Shown: in pieces, positions 10,824 to 23,850 of the stretch
Layout: each line of letters opens with the position of its first letter
Position numbering within the stretch: the stretch's first letter is position 1
Assembly: GCA_951406725.2 (NCBI GenBank)
Contig: OX597821.1
Coordinates: forward strand, 76,508,001 to 76,572,000
DNA length: 64,000 nt
Direction of reading: 5' to 3'
DNA from: Octopus vulgaris
Lineage: Eukaryota
Program-made: the position numbers and the translations under genes
Notes under the pieces: generated by a model
Seen by the model: the letters and a program-made list of their open reading frames with translations, nothing else
Told to the model about the DNA's origin: nothing
The model's database searches: none

Positions 10824-12020
10824 CAAGTGTAAATACAGATGTGTGTGTATATGTTAGTTACTAGGTGTGGAGGAAGGAGCAGTGCCCATAGCCTTCACAT
10901 TCCCTCTCAAACTGATGAGATTGATGCTGTTCATGTTCCTCTTGAACCTTTTGTAGGTCAAAACCTACAAATTGTCAGCATATTGAATACGACACAAAAA
11001 ATTATGTCCTTATATTTTCGAACAGGGGAGATCCTGGGGTTAAATAACAGTAACATTCGTCCCATCCTTGGACTGCCACATTATGTGCTTTTATTGTACT
11101 CTTTGGTTTTTTCACATGGGTTGCATTCATTTGTAAATACCCTTTTCCAAAACTTCATCCTTAACTCGATGATGGCACCAACAGACATTGAACAAACAGA
11201 TGAGAAGAATATCTTGAAGGAAGCGTTCAAGATTGACTGACTAGGGAGTCTGCAGTATCACAAAACTAAATGTTTACAGGATATAAATTGTTGAGGAGGA
11301 GGAGGAGAAGAATAACAATCACTGTATGCATGGGAGCGTAACCAAACCTGAAGAGAAAACATTTCTAAAAATAATAATTTAAAAAACTCGAGTCCCGCTT
11401 AAGAGAGAAGGCAAAGATATATGGAATTTACGCTTTCGAGGTTTTCTGAGAGTCATGTATGGAGTTATTTCCCTTGGTCTTTCCTAGTTGTAATCTTGAT
11501 TGTTGTGGAATTTCATGGATATTTAAAATCGTTTCCGCTGCTGAACTCTTATTTTCTTTTAACATACGTTGTAAGTTTTTGTTGAATGAAAAATCTAGTT
11601 GGCAAACTTGGGCCGGATTGGCAAAGATATGGCGTAGGCGACGATGCCGGCTTTGTGGTATTTGTTCCGGCTCTCTCTGCTCTCAGTTCACATCCCACTG
11701 AAGTTAACTTTGCTTTCCGTTCTTTCCATCATTTAGCGTCCACTTTTTCACGCTTGCGTGGGTCAGAAAGAATCTGCTGTGGCAGATTTTGTACAATCGG
11801 ATGCCCTTCCTATTGTTAACCCTCACCTGTTTCTTGGTAAAGTTATATTTTCCCATAGCCAGACATGTTTTTCAAAGGAGACTCGAAACCAACAACATCG
11901 CTTGTATGATGATGCTCGTTTACACTCATCATGTGATGTCAAAAGCAGGGTCCAAAGACGCACGCATACACACACACGCGCGCGCGCACACACACACACA
12001 TACACACTTATATATATATA

Positions 12021-13289
12021 CAGAGGTTGTAACTGGTAAATTAGGACAACAAATGAGTATTTATCTAACTGCATAGATTTTGTTGGTGTCTAAAAAAGTG
12101 TAAACATTACCAGCTGGAATAATCTCTTGTACTGTTTTGTGTTTCAGATTGAACAAACTATGCATGTAAATAAAGGATTAAACTGTAGAAGTGTAATTGC
12201 CGAATCATTCCACTCTGGCAAAAGTGCTGGGGAGTTTGTCAGAGTAACAAACTATGCCAAATCTACTGTTTGTGGAGTTGAGGCCAATTTAAAGAAAAGT
12301 CAGGATGTTCAGAGAAAGCCTCACAGTCCTCGTAGTAACTGAAAATGCACACCTCACTTCTTAATTGGACTTAAAAGATTGATTGAGGTGAACCCATCAA
12401 AATCGATGGCAAAGTTGGCTCGAGATTGAAGAATCAGTAAAATGACAATTCCTAGGGCTGTGAGACAAGACCTCCATGAGATCATACTTGAGAAGGCACT
12501 GTAACACCCTACCCACTCCAAAGCCATTCGGGCTGAAAGCTGTCCCAAACTTCTTAGTCATCTAAAATATCGTGGTAGAGACGTCCGCATCTTCATGGAT
12601 GAAAAGAAGTTCATGGTAGATGAACTTGCAAACCGTCAAAGCCCACGAGTGAAAGTGTACGACCCTTCCCAAGTTCCCTTAGATATACATAGCAAGCATT
12701 TGGCTTCCATTAAGGTCTTTGGAGCTTTTGCAAATGAGGGGAAATTGATGCCTCCTTATTTTATTGAAGCAGTTCTTAAAATCAACACAGCAGAATATCT
12801 CCAAATCTTAGAAGTCTTATTGCCTTCGATTAGGAAGCACTATGATGTAAGTCGAGTCTTATTTGTACAGGACTCTGTACATTCTTCGAAAAAAGTGCAA
12901 GAATTTTTGAAGAAAGAATTGCCCATGTTTATCCCTAAAGATATCTGGCATTCTAGCGCACCAGACTTCAATCCGTGTGATTGTTGGCTATGGGGCGAAG
13001 CTGAAGCAATGTCCAGCGCAACTTCTCACAACTGTGTCTTCACTGAAAGCTTCGATCGAGCGAGCATTCGGTAAAATGAAAACAGGAAGAAATAGTTAAG
13101 GCTTGCGCATCATTTCGTAAACGGACTGGACTGGTGAAGAAAGCAAATGACGGTCACATTGCACTAAAAATAAGTACGAAACACTCCATAATAAATTGGC
13201 GGAAACATAAAACTCCCAGTGTTTGACTTTCCAGAATTATACAAATTATAATAAAAATATTTAAATGGTCCCAATTTACCTGTTACACC

Positions 13290-13292
<3 letters not shown>
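12021..13292 (+). mobile_element. Full-length but disrupted maT-like (DD37D-type) Tc1/mariner transposon
   Basis: TIRs cagaggttgtaactggtaaattaggac / gtcccaatttacctgttacaccctg in a TA context. Catalytic motifs MDEKKF, VQDS and WHSSAPDFNPCD. The D-to-D spacing is 35, consistent with DD37D after a 2-aa loss in QDSAPAH. Confidence 0.85.
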
Positions 13293-13356
<64 letters not shown>

Positions 13357-13540
13357 AATAAAAATGGAGTCAACGCAGGTTTAAACAAGTATTTTTTCTT
13401 TCTACATATTCAAACGTAAACACGAAGTTTCAACCTTTATAAACAAGGAGTTACAACATCTTTACTTGTGAGATTTTTGCTGCCCTGGTAACTATTCATT
13501 CATTTATCCGTGTTAATTGTTAACAAGGTAAATACACTCA

Positions 13541-13581
<41 letters not shown>

Positions 13582-13582
<1 letters not shown>

Positions 13583-14121
13583 ATAAGGGACTAAAGCCAT
13601 CTGAATATGGCTAGGGACAGGGCAGGGTGGTGGGGGTGTTACTGTTGCATTTAGCCCCAGGCGAACATCAACGTCGCCAGATAGGCTTGACACCATCACG
13701 GCGTCCTTTATCCTGCAAAGGGAGATAATTCCCCGATGAAGCGGAAACCACACACGGACCTAGGTTTCAAGGTGTATTGCCTATCTCATTTAGAGAATTA
13801 TTATTGCTGTCGAACAGGTTTTCGAAATCAGCAAATGTATTTTGCTTGAAAATCTATATATAAATATCCTGCAGAGTGAGATTTCGTCGAGGAAGCGGGG
13901 GCCTACCACACGTTGATGATAGGCAATACACCTTGAAACCTAGGTCCGTGTGTGGTTTCCGCTTCATCGGGGAATTATCTCCCTTTGCAGGATAAAGGAC
14001 GCCGTGATGGTGTCAAGCCTATCTGGCGACGTTGATGTTCGCCTGGGGCTAAATGCAACAGTAACACCGCCACCACTCTGCCCTGTCCCTAGCCATATTC
14101 AGATGGCTTTAGTCCCTTATG
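13582..14121. repeat. Near-perfect inverted repeat, 204-bp arms (13582-13785 / 13918-14121), 132-bp spacer
   Basis: The arms give nearly identical ORF translations on opposite strands (13538-13753 - and 13950-14357 +). Confidence 0.92.
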
Positions 14122-14297
14122 TTATGGAGCAGTTACTGTCTATATCTCATTTAGAGAATTATTATTGCCATACATACATACATACATACATACATACATA
14201 CATACATACATACATACATACATACATACATACATACATACATACATACATACATACATACATACAAACAAACAAACAAACAAACAAACAAATTAAA

Positions 14298-14576
14298 ATT
14301 TATAACTTAGGGTATCTACGAGATACCACTATGCTGAAAATAGCAGCCATGATCTGACTCTTAAACCACCTTAAATGTTCATATAGCAACACGGAGAGAA
14401 GACAAGACGAGATAAAACTAGTAAAAGTAATTATCCAGCAATTTTTTACTAGTTTTATCTTGTCTTTTTGTCTTCTCTCCGTGTTGATATATGAACACTT
14501 AAGGTGGTTTTAGAGTCAGACCATGGCTGCTATTTTCAGCATGGTGGTATCTCGTAGATACCATAAGTTATAATTT
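14298..14576. repeat. ~280-bp palindrome (foldback/MITE-like)
   Basis: ttataacttagggtatctacgagatacc...actagtaaaa / ttttactagt...ggtatctcgtagatacccataagttataa. Confidence 0.85.
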
Positions 14577-14699
14577 CAATAATTATTACCTTTTAAGGTT
14601 ATTTTTTCCACGCTGATCACTTGATAAAATCGTTATTTTATTTTAAAATAACGATATTATCCTTATATATATACATACACACACATACACTTGGTTATG

Positions 14700-15620
14700 G
14701 TGATCCATCAAAGATGATAACAGCGTTGATCCAAGACAGTCTTCCTCCTCCGCTTCCAGCGCATATTGTTTTTCATGGGAGCTGACGTGGTGCCGACACA
14801 ATAAGGTCCAGCACGCGGGCTCCTATAGGAAGGGGAATACACCGACACCTCGATAAAAAAATATGAGATTTTTATTTGCTCTAAAGTTCTTGTTCTGAAA
14901 AACTTGTTCGCCGAGTCTCCCGAAAGTTGATCCGACGGAACATCTTCTCGCCTAGGGTTGCAGTGTTAGAGATCGTGCTTCCAAGACAGTAGAATGGGTT
15001 TGCTTGCAGCAGAGGAGCATCGTCAAAAAGGACGGGCAGAGGACGAGGTGGATAAGAGAAGGCTGACTGGAGGAACTTCAGTTTTTCGGTCATTCACTCG
15101 AAGAGACCGAACCGAGAATAGGCACTGTGCATTGAGTTCGTCATGTCTTGAAGAGTGGCGGAGATATGCGCTGGTGCAGCGGAATCGTCAGCATATTGAA
15201 TTTCGTACACCGTTCATGAGAATCTGAATCGAGCCAACCTTCACCGACCCCACAAATTCCAAGAGATTCCAGATTTTCGTATCCTGAAAGAGTTTGACAA
15301 TCCTCCAGCGCTTGATGAGGTCCAACGTGCCATCAGCGGTCTCAAAAATGAGAAGTCTACCGGTGATGATGGGACACAGGTGAGATCTACAAGTATGGTG
15401 GGCTTCATCTCATATCCATCTTCACTCTTTATTTCTCCTCTGTTGGTAGGAGAAGACTATACCTGACAGGTGGAAACACCTGAATACTGCCCCAATCTAC
15501 AAGCGTAAGGGAGACTGTGAAGAATACGGCAACAGCTGGGGAATTTCTCATCTGGATGACACCGACAAGATCCTCTCTCGTATTCTACTTCGTCGTCTTC
15601 TACTTCATGTTGTCGGCCTG
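14700..15620. mobile_element. RTE-type LINE remnant in two oppositely oriented pieces
   Basis: Minus piece encodes VYEIQYADD and PFYCLGSTIS (about 14880-15210). Plus piece encodes PPALDEVQRAISGLKNEKSTGDDG...IYKRKGD...KILSRILLRRL (about 15230-15610). Confidence 0.7.
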
Positions 15621-15629
15621 GTTATGGTT

Positions 15630-18280
15630 TTATCGCTTAACTAATATTAATTCTGATTTCACTCTTTTTTTTTTTTTTTCGTCTCTTACTTCATTGAGCA
15701 TTTCTGTTGATTCTTTAATTCCGCTAGAAATGAGCGAATTTGAGATGATTTAGCATGCATCCGTTTATATCTCTTCCTTTATCTGACCAATATGAGTTTT
15801 AAAAACTGTTTCTAACACAGATGTGAAAATTTTCGGTGATATGGTGTCTCTTCGTCTGACCCTTTCACCTGTTTTGAATCACTCGCCTTCTTGTTTATAG
15901 CCGCTGTGGTCTCCTTCGATACCCTTTCTTCCAGTGCTCTTAGCATACCATCAATTTCCACGGAATCAAAAGCCTTTTTCAGTATCAACAAATGTGAAGC
16001 ATGATGGTACGTTGTAAGATTAGCATTTTCTCGTCAGTTGATTTATAGCATCTTGTAACAGGATGGGAGGCCCCCGCACTGGATGGGTGCAGCTCACATC
16101 CTTCACATTAAATTATTAATCGAAGGAAAGAGTCAAGACTTCCGATTAACTTCAACAGTATAAATATTTATTTCTTGATTCGCAATATATACATTTCTTC
16201 TTTCTGGGCGAATCGGCAGCCTTGGAGCTCGTCGCAGTAGTCAAGTGGAGTGAGCCAAATCCTGTCCATTCAAGCATAGCAGAGATACGCCATGAGGTAG
16301 CAGCTTGAGAGAGCTGACAAAACGCGACTGTCTCGTTCAGCTGCCGGCGTTCAATCGAACGATAACGAGGGAATTTCGCTGCTGCTAGTTTTCTGCGCAT
16401 GCACATGAGGGAACTTCTGGCAGGCCTCCCGGAAGACTCCAACTCTGCGCATGCGTACTGGATATTTCCAAGATGGAGTCACTACAATCTATTCATATCT
16501 GTTATGATGTTTTTCCTGAAGCCTGCCTGTTTCGTTGCAATGTTCTCATCCAACTTTCTCTCAATTCTTTCTGATATGATTTTTGAGAAGTTCTTGTAGA
16601 TGTGTGATAGCAGACTGATTGGTCTATATTTCTTTAGATCCTTGCCATCCACTTATTCATGAAGAAGAATCAGTCAGAAATATTTCTACATATCCGCTAC
16701 CCTATGTTCATGTAAGCATTTTGTATAAAGTTTAGCCAATTCCTTCTCTGTACCTGGTCCAACCACTTTTATTATTATGTCTGTCTCAATCCCATCCGGA
16801 CCTGCAGTTTTATATTTTTTTTTCATTTTCTTCATAGCATTTCTAACTTCTGCCTCCAAAATGTCTGGGACCCATTCCTTTGAATTTACTTTTTGAGAAA
16901 CTTCTTTGTTTGATTGTTATAGGTTTTCATAGAATTCTTTTATTCTTTCTAATATTCTTCCTGTAAGTTGTTTTCCATTTTTTGTTATTTAGGTTAATGA
17001 CTATATTACATCCCACAATTAGTCTTTGCTTAGTTTGTTTTTTTTTCTTTTTCGTTTTAACTTTTGTTATTTTCAACCGTTTCCTTGATCATCTCCATAT
17101 TTGACGTTCTTTCATTTTCTCTCAGTTTTTTTTTTCCTTATTCTTTTAAACAATTCACTATATTCAATGCGTTGTGTAAATGAGTCTTGTTTCTTTGTTC
17201 TTCGGATATTCATGAGATTAATAATGTCTTTTGGTAACGTTTGGTCTTTTGCCTTTTTACTGATAGATCTAGCTTCCTTTGCTGTGTTTTTGTTTTATTG
17301 TCTTAGAAATAATATTTGTTATCTCCTCAGTATTGCCACTGTCTATCTGGTTCCAAAATATATCAAATCTATTTCTCAGGGCTAATTGGAATTCTGAGGC
17401 TTTTGGTATGAGGTCTTCCATGCAAATTCTCTGTGATTTTCTAAGCTTCTTGTTCCTTTCTTTTGTTGTATTTATTTGTATTTTGCATTTGACAAGTCTC
17501 TGGTCACTCCCAATGTTCACGTTATTTGTAGCCGTCACTCCCTGAACTACATCTGGACTAAATGAGGGTATGAAATCAATTTCACTTATTGTTCTGTCTC
17601 CAAAGCTTTTCTTTGTCCATTTTCTGGCACTTCTTTTAGCAAAAAAGGTATTTTCTATTCTCATTTATTTGTGCTATGCGAATTCAATTAGTCTTTCTCC
17701 TTTTTCATTCCTTATTCCATATTTTCCGGTAAGATTTTCACTTTTTCTATTCTTAATGCCCATCTTTGCGTTAAAATCTTTTATCACTTAAATATTGTTC
17801 ACTTTCTCTTCTTTGATGACACCGCCAGGCTTCCTGTAAAATACTTCTAACTCTTTAACATCATAGCCACAAGTAGGTGCATATACTTGGATAATGTTAG
17901 TTTCGTAATTTTTATTCAGTTTTACGGTCATTTTGCTTATCCGCTTATTTAATGCGCTGCAGTTGATAGCATTCTCAGCAATATTCTTATTTATCAAAAA
18001 TCCCGCGCCTCCTTCGTTTTTATCCTCTTTACTTTACCAGAGAAAAACGTGATCACTTTTTAGAATGAGTTTGCACTTCACTCTTTCTTTTCACAAAACT
18101 GAGACCAATGGTATTTCAATTTATGTTATCTGGTTCATGTTTCAAGTCTGAGATTTGAGTGTCCTCCATAACACTATGTAAGTTTATACGCGGACATGGT
18201 CAGGTTCCAAGAATGGGCTGTTCTGGCCAAGAGATTCTTAACACTTCCTGCTAGCGTGGTCTGTAGATGTTGAAGACTGG
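15630..18280 (-). mobile_element. Degraded RTE-type LINE (APE + N-terminal RT), interrupted by a solo LTR
   Basis: IIQVYAPT, EIDFI and GSDQRLV endonuclease motifs. KTAGPDG, YRPISLLS and KAFDSV RT motifs. Many stops. Confidence 0.8.
16054..16486. mobile_element. Solo LTR (433 bp) with 4-bp TSD ATCT
   Basis: TGTAAC...ACTACA termini. ATCT at 16050-16053 and 16487-16490. Confidence 0.82.
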
Positions 18281-18440
18281 GAACAGATGATGGAAAAAAA
18301 AAAATTATTTTGTACTCAAGATGCCTCGAGTATATGATACATGATAAGCTGCAAAAAAAAAAAAAAAAAAGAACTGCGAAATATTAGTATCCGTCGGTTT
18401 CGATCACCAAATGGGGGAGTTTTTATTAATCACAAAGTGT

Positions 18441-18681
18441 AATTAATCCCAAAGACAAAAACGAAAAATTCTTGAAATAAAAATTAGATTCTGTGTCAGG
18501 AATTACATATTGGTATGAATAATTATGACCCACGAAACCATTGTTCGTTCCTGTTTGAGCAATAAAAGGTATTTTTCTATTTTGGCTGGTCGTAATTATT
18601 CTTACCAATATGTAATTCCCGACAAAGAATCTAGTTTTTATTTCAAGAAGAGTTTTCCGTTTTTGTCTTTGGAATTAATTA
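18441..18681. repeat. ~240-bp imperfect palindrome
   Basis: taattaatcccaaagacaaaaacg...aattatgacc / ggtcgtaatt...cgtttttgtctttggaattaatta. Confidence 0.8.
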
Positions 18682-18721
18682 GACTCTGAAACAATTTATA
18701 GAATTTATATTGGATTTGTAC

Positions 18722-19787
18722 TGTAGCGGTCTCTGATATCCTCACTGTTTGAGAGACACGGCAGGAATGATCTCGTTTGAGATTACAGCCATCTTTGGCC
18801 GAGTTGTTCCTGTTGTAACCACTAACCTAATTGGATGACATGTGGCGCGAAATATCTCTACTTATTTCGCGCCACTGGCCAAAGCCAACCAATCACGGCC
18901 TTTGGTTAAGGTCCCATTTCCTAGGCTCTGTTGAGCCACCTTACTTGTATATAAGGGAGTGTTCTCAAATACTTGCGTCTTTGGTTCTAGTCCTTATAAG
19001 GACTAAACCTCTGACCACAGAGCTACTCAACATGTTCCAGTCACAGCGACAGACGATCAGCCACGACGACGCTAATGTACACCCGCAACAGAAAGCCTTC
19101 TATCTCCGCCGCCGTCGTCACCATCATTGTACCAACTTCAAGTCGCCATCACCATCGTCCACTTCAGACATGTACACACCAACTTCACAGAACCACGCTG
19201 TTAGAGTGAATCCCTTCACCAAGTAGAAACAGTCCATCTGAAGAATTCTATATTAAGAGAACCCGCTCGCCGATTGAGACCACGACCACGGCTCGACATA
19301 TTCGCCCAACCGGCCTCCGCCCGAGACACAACATCTTGATATTGAACTCTTACACATCGTGTACCTTATGAACTGTAAACCAATTTCCATCATTAACTCT
19401 ATGCTCTGTACCTTCTATGCCACACGCATTCACCCTTATCGTATCTGTCACACACACGAACACACAGACACAAACACGTGTTGCATGCACATACGAACAC
19501 ACAGACACAAACACGTGTTGCATGCACACACACACACACACTTGCTAGCACTCACAACCTTCTAACCTTAACACCTTGTAACTAAAATCTTATCTTCTCT
19601 CAAACAGTGGAACGGCTTGTCGTCAATTTATCTATATTCTGTTGTCACTGCATTGTATAAATTGTATTTATGGCATATCTTATTTCGTTAGGGATGCGAC
19701 CGTGTGACTTACCTACGTCGCCAACCTCCACATACGGTCGTATTTCCTACTGTACCAACCTGGATTATGAATTAAGGATCGTCTACA
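18722..19787 (+). mobile_element. Possible solo LTR (~1.07 kb)
   Basis: TGTAG...CTACA termini, internal TATATAAGG near 18948, CpG-rich relative to the flanks. TSD is not clean. Confidence 0.45.
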
Positions 19788-19841
19788 CCTACAAGTTTTC
19801 CTTATACTTTATATATATATATAAAGTATAAGGAAAACTTT

Positions 19842-19889
<48 letters not shown>

Positions 19890-20800
19890 ATAAGGAAAAC
19901 TTTACATAATATATATATATATATATATTACATAATATATATATATATATTATGTAAAGGGCATCACCAACGAGTGAAAAATACGCAAACGGACGAAAGA
20001 CAAGTACAGGACAAAATATCAAAAGAAGATGACTCGTTCATCAGTTGTCGACCGCTTTACTACTCCTTATTATCGTGCTTTTAACGACAAGACAGGAAAA
20101 TTTCGTAAGACAGCAGCATCCAGAAATTTTTAAAATATAAAATTTGCTGAGAGCTAGGACTTTGAACAAACTAACAACAACAGAGTGGACGGACAAAGTA
20201 AACAATCGACGAAGACAAACATTAAGGGCTGTTATTACAAGATGAATTGTAATGGGTAAAGCCTGGGAGAAATTCCTGAACGAAATAGAATAAATAGAAG
20301 AGAAGTAAATAGTGGAAGGAGGAAAATGTCAGGGGGCGACAGAAACGACATCCAGCTCGATGGCCGTCCCGTCCAGAAAAAACAGGAAAGAGAGAGAAAT
20401 GGCCTGTAGTCACGTGTGAGCAAGATATTATGCCTGTATACGACGAACGTCTTTCAGTTTCGTCTACCAAAAGCTTTGGTTGGCCTGAGGCTATAGTTGA
20501 AGACACTTGCTCAAAGTGCCACACAGTGGGATTGAACCCGGAACCATGTGATTGGGAAGCAAGCGTCTTACCACACAGCCACGTCTGTAAGTATGTGTGT
20601 GTGTGTGTGTGTGTGTGTGTTAACTTTTATTTTTTTACTTGTTTCAGTCATATGACTGAGGCCATGTTGGAGTACCGCCTTGAAGAGTTTTTAGTCGAAT
20701 GAAACGACCCATTACTTTTTTTTAAGCCTAAAGCATGGTACTTATTCTATCAGCTACTTTTGCCGAACCGCTAAGTTAAGAGAAAGCGTGCGGGAGAGAG

Positions 20801-20868
<68 letters not shown>

Positions 20869-21049
20869 CATACATATATACACACTCACGCGCGCGCACA
20901 TACACACACATAGACACGACAGGATTCTTTTCAGTTTCTGTGTACCGAATCCACTCCCAAAGCTTTGACCGGCCCGGTGCTATAGCCGGAGATACTTACC
21001 CAAACTGCCACTATATATATATATATAGTGTTTACACACGTATATGTGT

Positions 21050-21279
21050 TTGCTATGCAATCTGTGGCTGTAGACATGCAGCTAGCTTCACTGGCTGATT
21101 GTGACAAGATACGAAATGATGGCTATAAATAGAAGCCGATAGATAAACACTAAATCGCTGATAAATTTCCTTTGACAATCGCAACCCTAGCAACTCTTTG
21201 GTTATTTGTTTATTTGGGTTGTTTGGTTGAAAGCTTCAGCCACGCACTGATTCACTGTTTCCATGTGTAAACGGTAAGT
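21050..21279 (+). promoter_or_regulatory. Candidate promoter and non-coding first exon of the ZNF gene
   Basis: TATAAAT at 21124-21130. Strong donor CG|GTAAGT at 21273/21274. Candidate acceptor tcttcag ending at 21728. A paralogous copy of this block lies at about 28065-28350. Confidence 0.5.
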
Positions 21280-22007
21280 TGACAAAGAATTGATTCAAGA
21301 CTTATAATGTGTGTAAATAATGGAATTATTTATGCGAACCATTCCAGTCGTTTCGTAATTCTCGACGACCAACAATATTGGGAAACTTAGTTTCTGTTCT
21401 TATGCTGCGAGAAGAATATGAGAATTTTATTAACAATTCAAATGCACCTTCTGTTTGCTGCTTCGGAATTCTGAAAATTTTACTTCAATTCCAAAAATGG
21501 ACTTAAATTGAGATTCTATGAAGTAAATATCAGCTATCGTTAACAGAGGCATTGTCTATACATGAAAAGTTTAGTAAACAATCGAAGAGGAACACGACTT
21601 CCATATTCTTTGTGTGTTTCGTTTTTTGTGCGTTGGTTTTTAATGTCTTGTCTTCGAGTTAAATTCCGGTTGAATCGCAAACGACTGGAACCGGGAAACT
21701 TCAAAAATAGTTTTGCGACAATCTTCAGATATTTGTAATTATCACTGCTGTATTGATAGCAGTAGATATTTTTCCATCAACATAGGAATACATGGAAACC
21801 AGACCAAGACAGATACCCATGTTTTGTGGTGAAGGAATAAAATAACGGAAATTATGTGAGAAACTTAATGGATTGAGTTTCACTGAAGATATACTGTGAT
21901 ATCTGTAAAAAGTTTTTCTTTCAAAAAAAAAAACAAAAGAAACGGCAGCTCTTCATACAGGACCGAACCTATATTCGGCGTAAATCTTTATCTGGAACTG
22001 CAAACTT

Positions 22008-22152
22008 CATCATCATCATCGTTTAACGTCCGCTTTCCATGCTAGCATGGGTTGGACGATTTTGACTGAGGGCTGGCGAACCAGATGGCTGCACCAGGCC
22101 TCAGTCTTGATCTGGCAGAGTTTCTACAGCTGGATGCCCTTCCTAACGCCAG
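22008..22152 (-). mobile_element. 5'-truncated RTE 3'-end insertion
   Basis: Reverse complement of about 3160-3300, with a (CAT)n tail. Confidence 0.85.
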
Positions 22153-22306
22153 GTTATACACAAATATGTTGATACAGGAGAGAAACCATTGCATGTGATA
22201 AATCATTCCTTCAAAAAATCGTTTAACTAGACTGAAACATATTCATAGAGGAGATAAACTTTATTGTGATATTTGTAGATACCTTATCTAGACAAATTCA
22301 TATAAA

Positions 22307-23569
22307 ATGGAACCATATTGCTGTGATATTTGTAGTAAATCATTCCCTAAGAGTAGTTACTTGACTTCTCATAAATGCATTCAGACAAATGAAAAACTAA
22401 ATCACTGTGAAATTTGTGGTAAATCATTCTCTGGGAAAAGTAGCTTAACTAGACACCAGCGTATTCATACAGGAGAGAAACCATATTACTGTGATATATG
22501 TGGTAAAGCATTCTCTGGGAAAGGTAGCTTAACCAGGCATGAACGCATTCATACAGGAGAAAGGCCTTACCAGTGCAACGTTTGTCAAAAGTCATATTCT
22601 GTTAAAAGTAACCTGACTGTGCATGAACGTATTCACAGAGGATTGAAACCCTATAACTGCGATGTCTGTAGCAAATCATTCTCTCTAAATCACCACTTAA
22701 CTAAACACAAACGTATTCACACGGGTGAGAAGCCATATCACTGTGATATCTGTGGTAAATCGTTCTCCGATAATGGACAATTAACTTCACACAAACGTAT
22801 TCATACAGGGGAGAAGCCGTATCCATGTGATATCTGTGGTAAATCATTCTCTGGGAGTAGTGATTTAACTGTACACAAACGTGTTCATACCGGAGAAAAG
22901 CCGTATCACTGTGATATTTGTGGCAAATCATTCTCTCAAAGAAATCACATAACCAGACACAAACGTATGCATACAGGAGAGAAACCATATCACTGTGATA
23001 TTTGTGGTAAATCTTTCTCTGATGGAGGTAAGTTGACTTATCATATACGTGTTCATACAGGTGAGAAGCCCTACCACTGCAATATCTGTGGCAAATGTTT
23101 CTCTGGAAGCAGCGAAGTAACTGTTCACAAACGGATTCATACAGGAGTGAGGCCATACCACTGTGAGATTTGTAATAAAGCATTCTCTTCTGGAAGTGTC
23201 CTAACTAAGCACAAACGTATTCATACTGGTGAGAAACCATATCATTGTGATATCTGTGGTAGATTGTTCGCTGGAAATAGTGAATTAACGATTCACAAAC
23301 GTATTCATACAGGAGAGAAACCATATCACTGTGATATCTGTGGTAAATCCTTCTCAGGAAGTAGTGAGGCTGCTATTCACAAACGTATTCACACAGGAGA
23401 GAAACCATATCACTGTGATATCTGTGGTAAATCATTCTCTTGCGGAAGTCATTTAACCAGACACAAACTTATTCACACAGGTGAAAAACCTCATAACTGT
23501 AGTATTTGTGGTAAGTCATTCTCAGACAAAAGTAAATTAAGTCATCACATACGTATTCATACAGGTTAG
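22307..23569 (+). CDS. Tandem C2H2 zinc-finger protein, 420 aa, 15 fingers (first degenerate), no effector domain
   Basis: Intact ORF of 28-aa CxxC-x12-HxxxH repeats with HTGEKPY linkers. Finger 1 has HKCIQ and lacks the second His. Confidence 0.93.
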   Translation: MEPYCCDICSKSFPKSSYLTSHKCIQTNEKLNHCEICGKSFSGKSSLTRHQRIHTGEKPYYCDICGKAFSGKGSLTRHERIHTGERPYQCNVCQKSYSVKSNLTVHERIHRGLKPYNCDVCSKSFSLNHHLTKHKRIHTGEKPYHCDICGKSFSDNGQLTSHKRIHTGEKPYPCDICGKSFSGSSDLTVHKRVHTGEKPYHCDICGKSFSQRNHITRHKRMHTGEKPYHCDICGKSFSDGGKLTYHIRVHTGEKPYHCNICGKCFSGSSEVTVHKRIHTGVRPYHCEICNKAFSSGSVLTKHKRIHTGEKPYHCDICGRLFAGNSELTIHKRIHTGEKPYHCDICGKSFSGSSEAAIHKRIHTGEKPYHCDICGKSFSCGSHLTRHKLIHTGEKPHNCSICGKSFSDKSKLSHHIRIHTG

Positions 23570-23582
23570 AAGATGTGTCATT

Positions 23583-23850
23583 GTCATCATCATCATCATC
23601 ATCGTTTAACATCTGCTTTCCATGCTTAGCATGGGTTGGACGATTTGACTGAGGACTGGCGAACCAGATGGCTGTGCCAGGCTCCAGTCTTGATCTGGCA
23701 GAGTTTCTACAGCTGGATGCCCTTCCTAATGCCAACCACTCCGAGAGTGTAGTGGGTGATTTTAACGTGCCACCGGCATGAGGGCCTGTCTGGTGGTACT
23801 GGCAACGGCCACACTCAAAAATGGTGTTTTTTATGTGCCACCTGCACAGG
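23583..23850 (-). mobile_element. 5'-truncated RTE 3'-end insertion just after the ZNF stop
   Basis: Reverse complement of about 3050-3300, with a (CAT)n tail. Confidence 0.85.

Noticed and set aside
10839-11240. 133-aa ORF in apparently unique sequence
   Set aside because: No recognisable domain or convincing exon structure, and it starts in a microsatellite edge.
13733-13749. CCGATGA-agcg-GAAAC hammerhead-like core in the 204-bp inverted repeat
   Set aside because: No stem II and no matching stem I or cleavage triplet.
22701-23183. Antisense ORFs within the ZNF gene
   Set aside because: Shadow frames caused by the repetitive finger codons.
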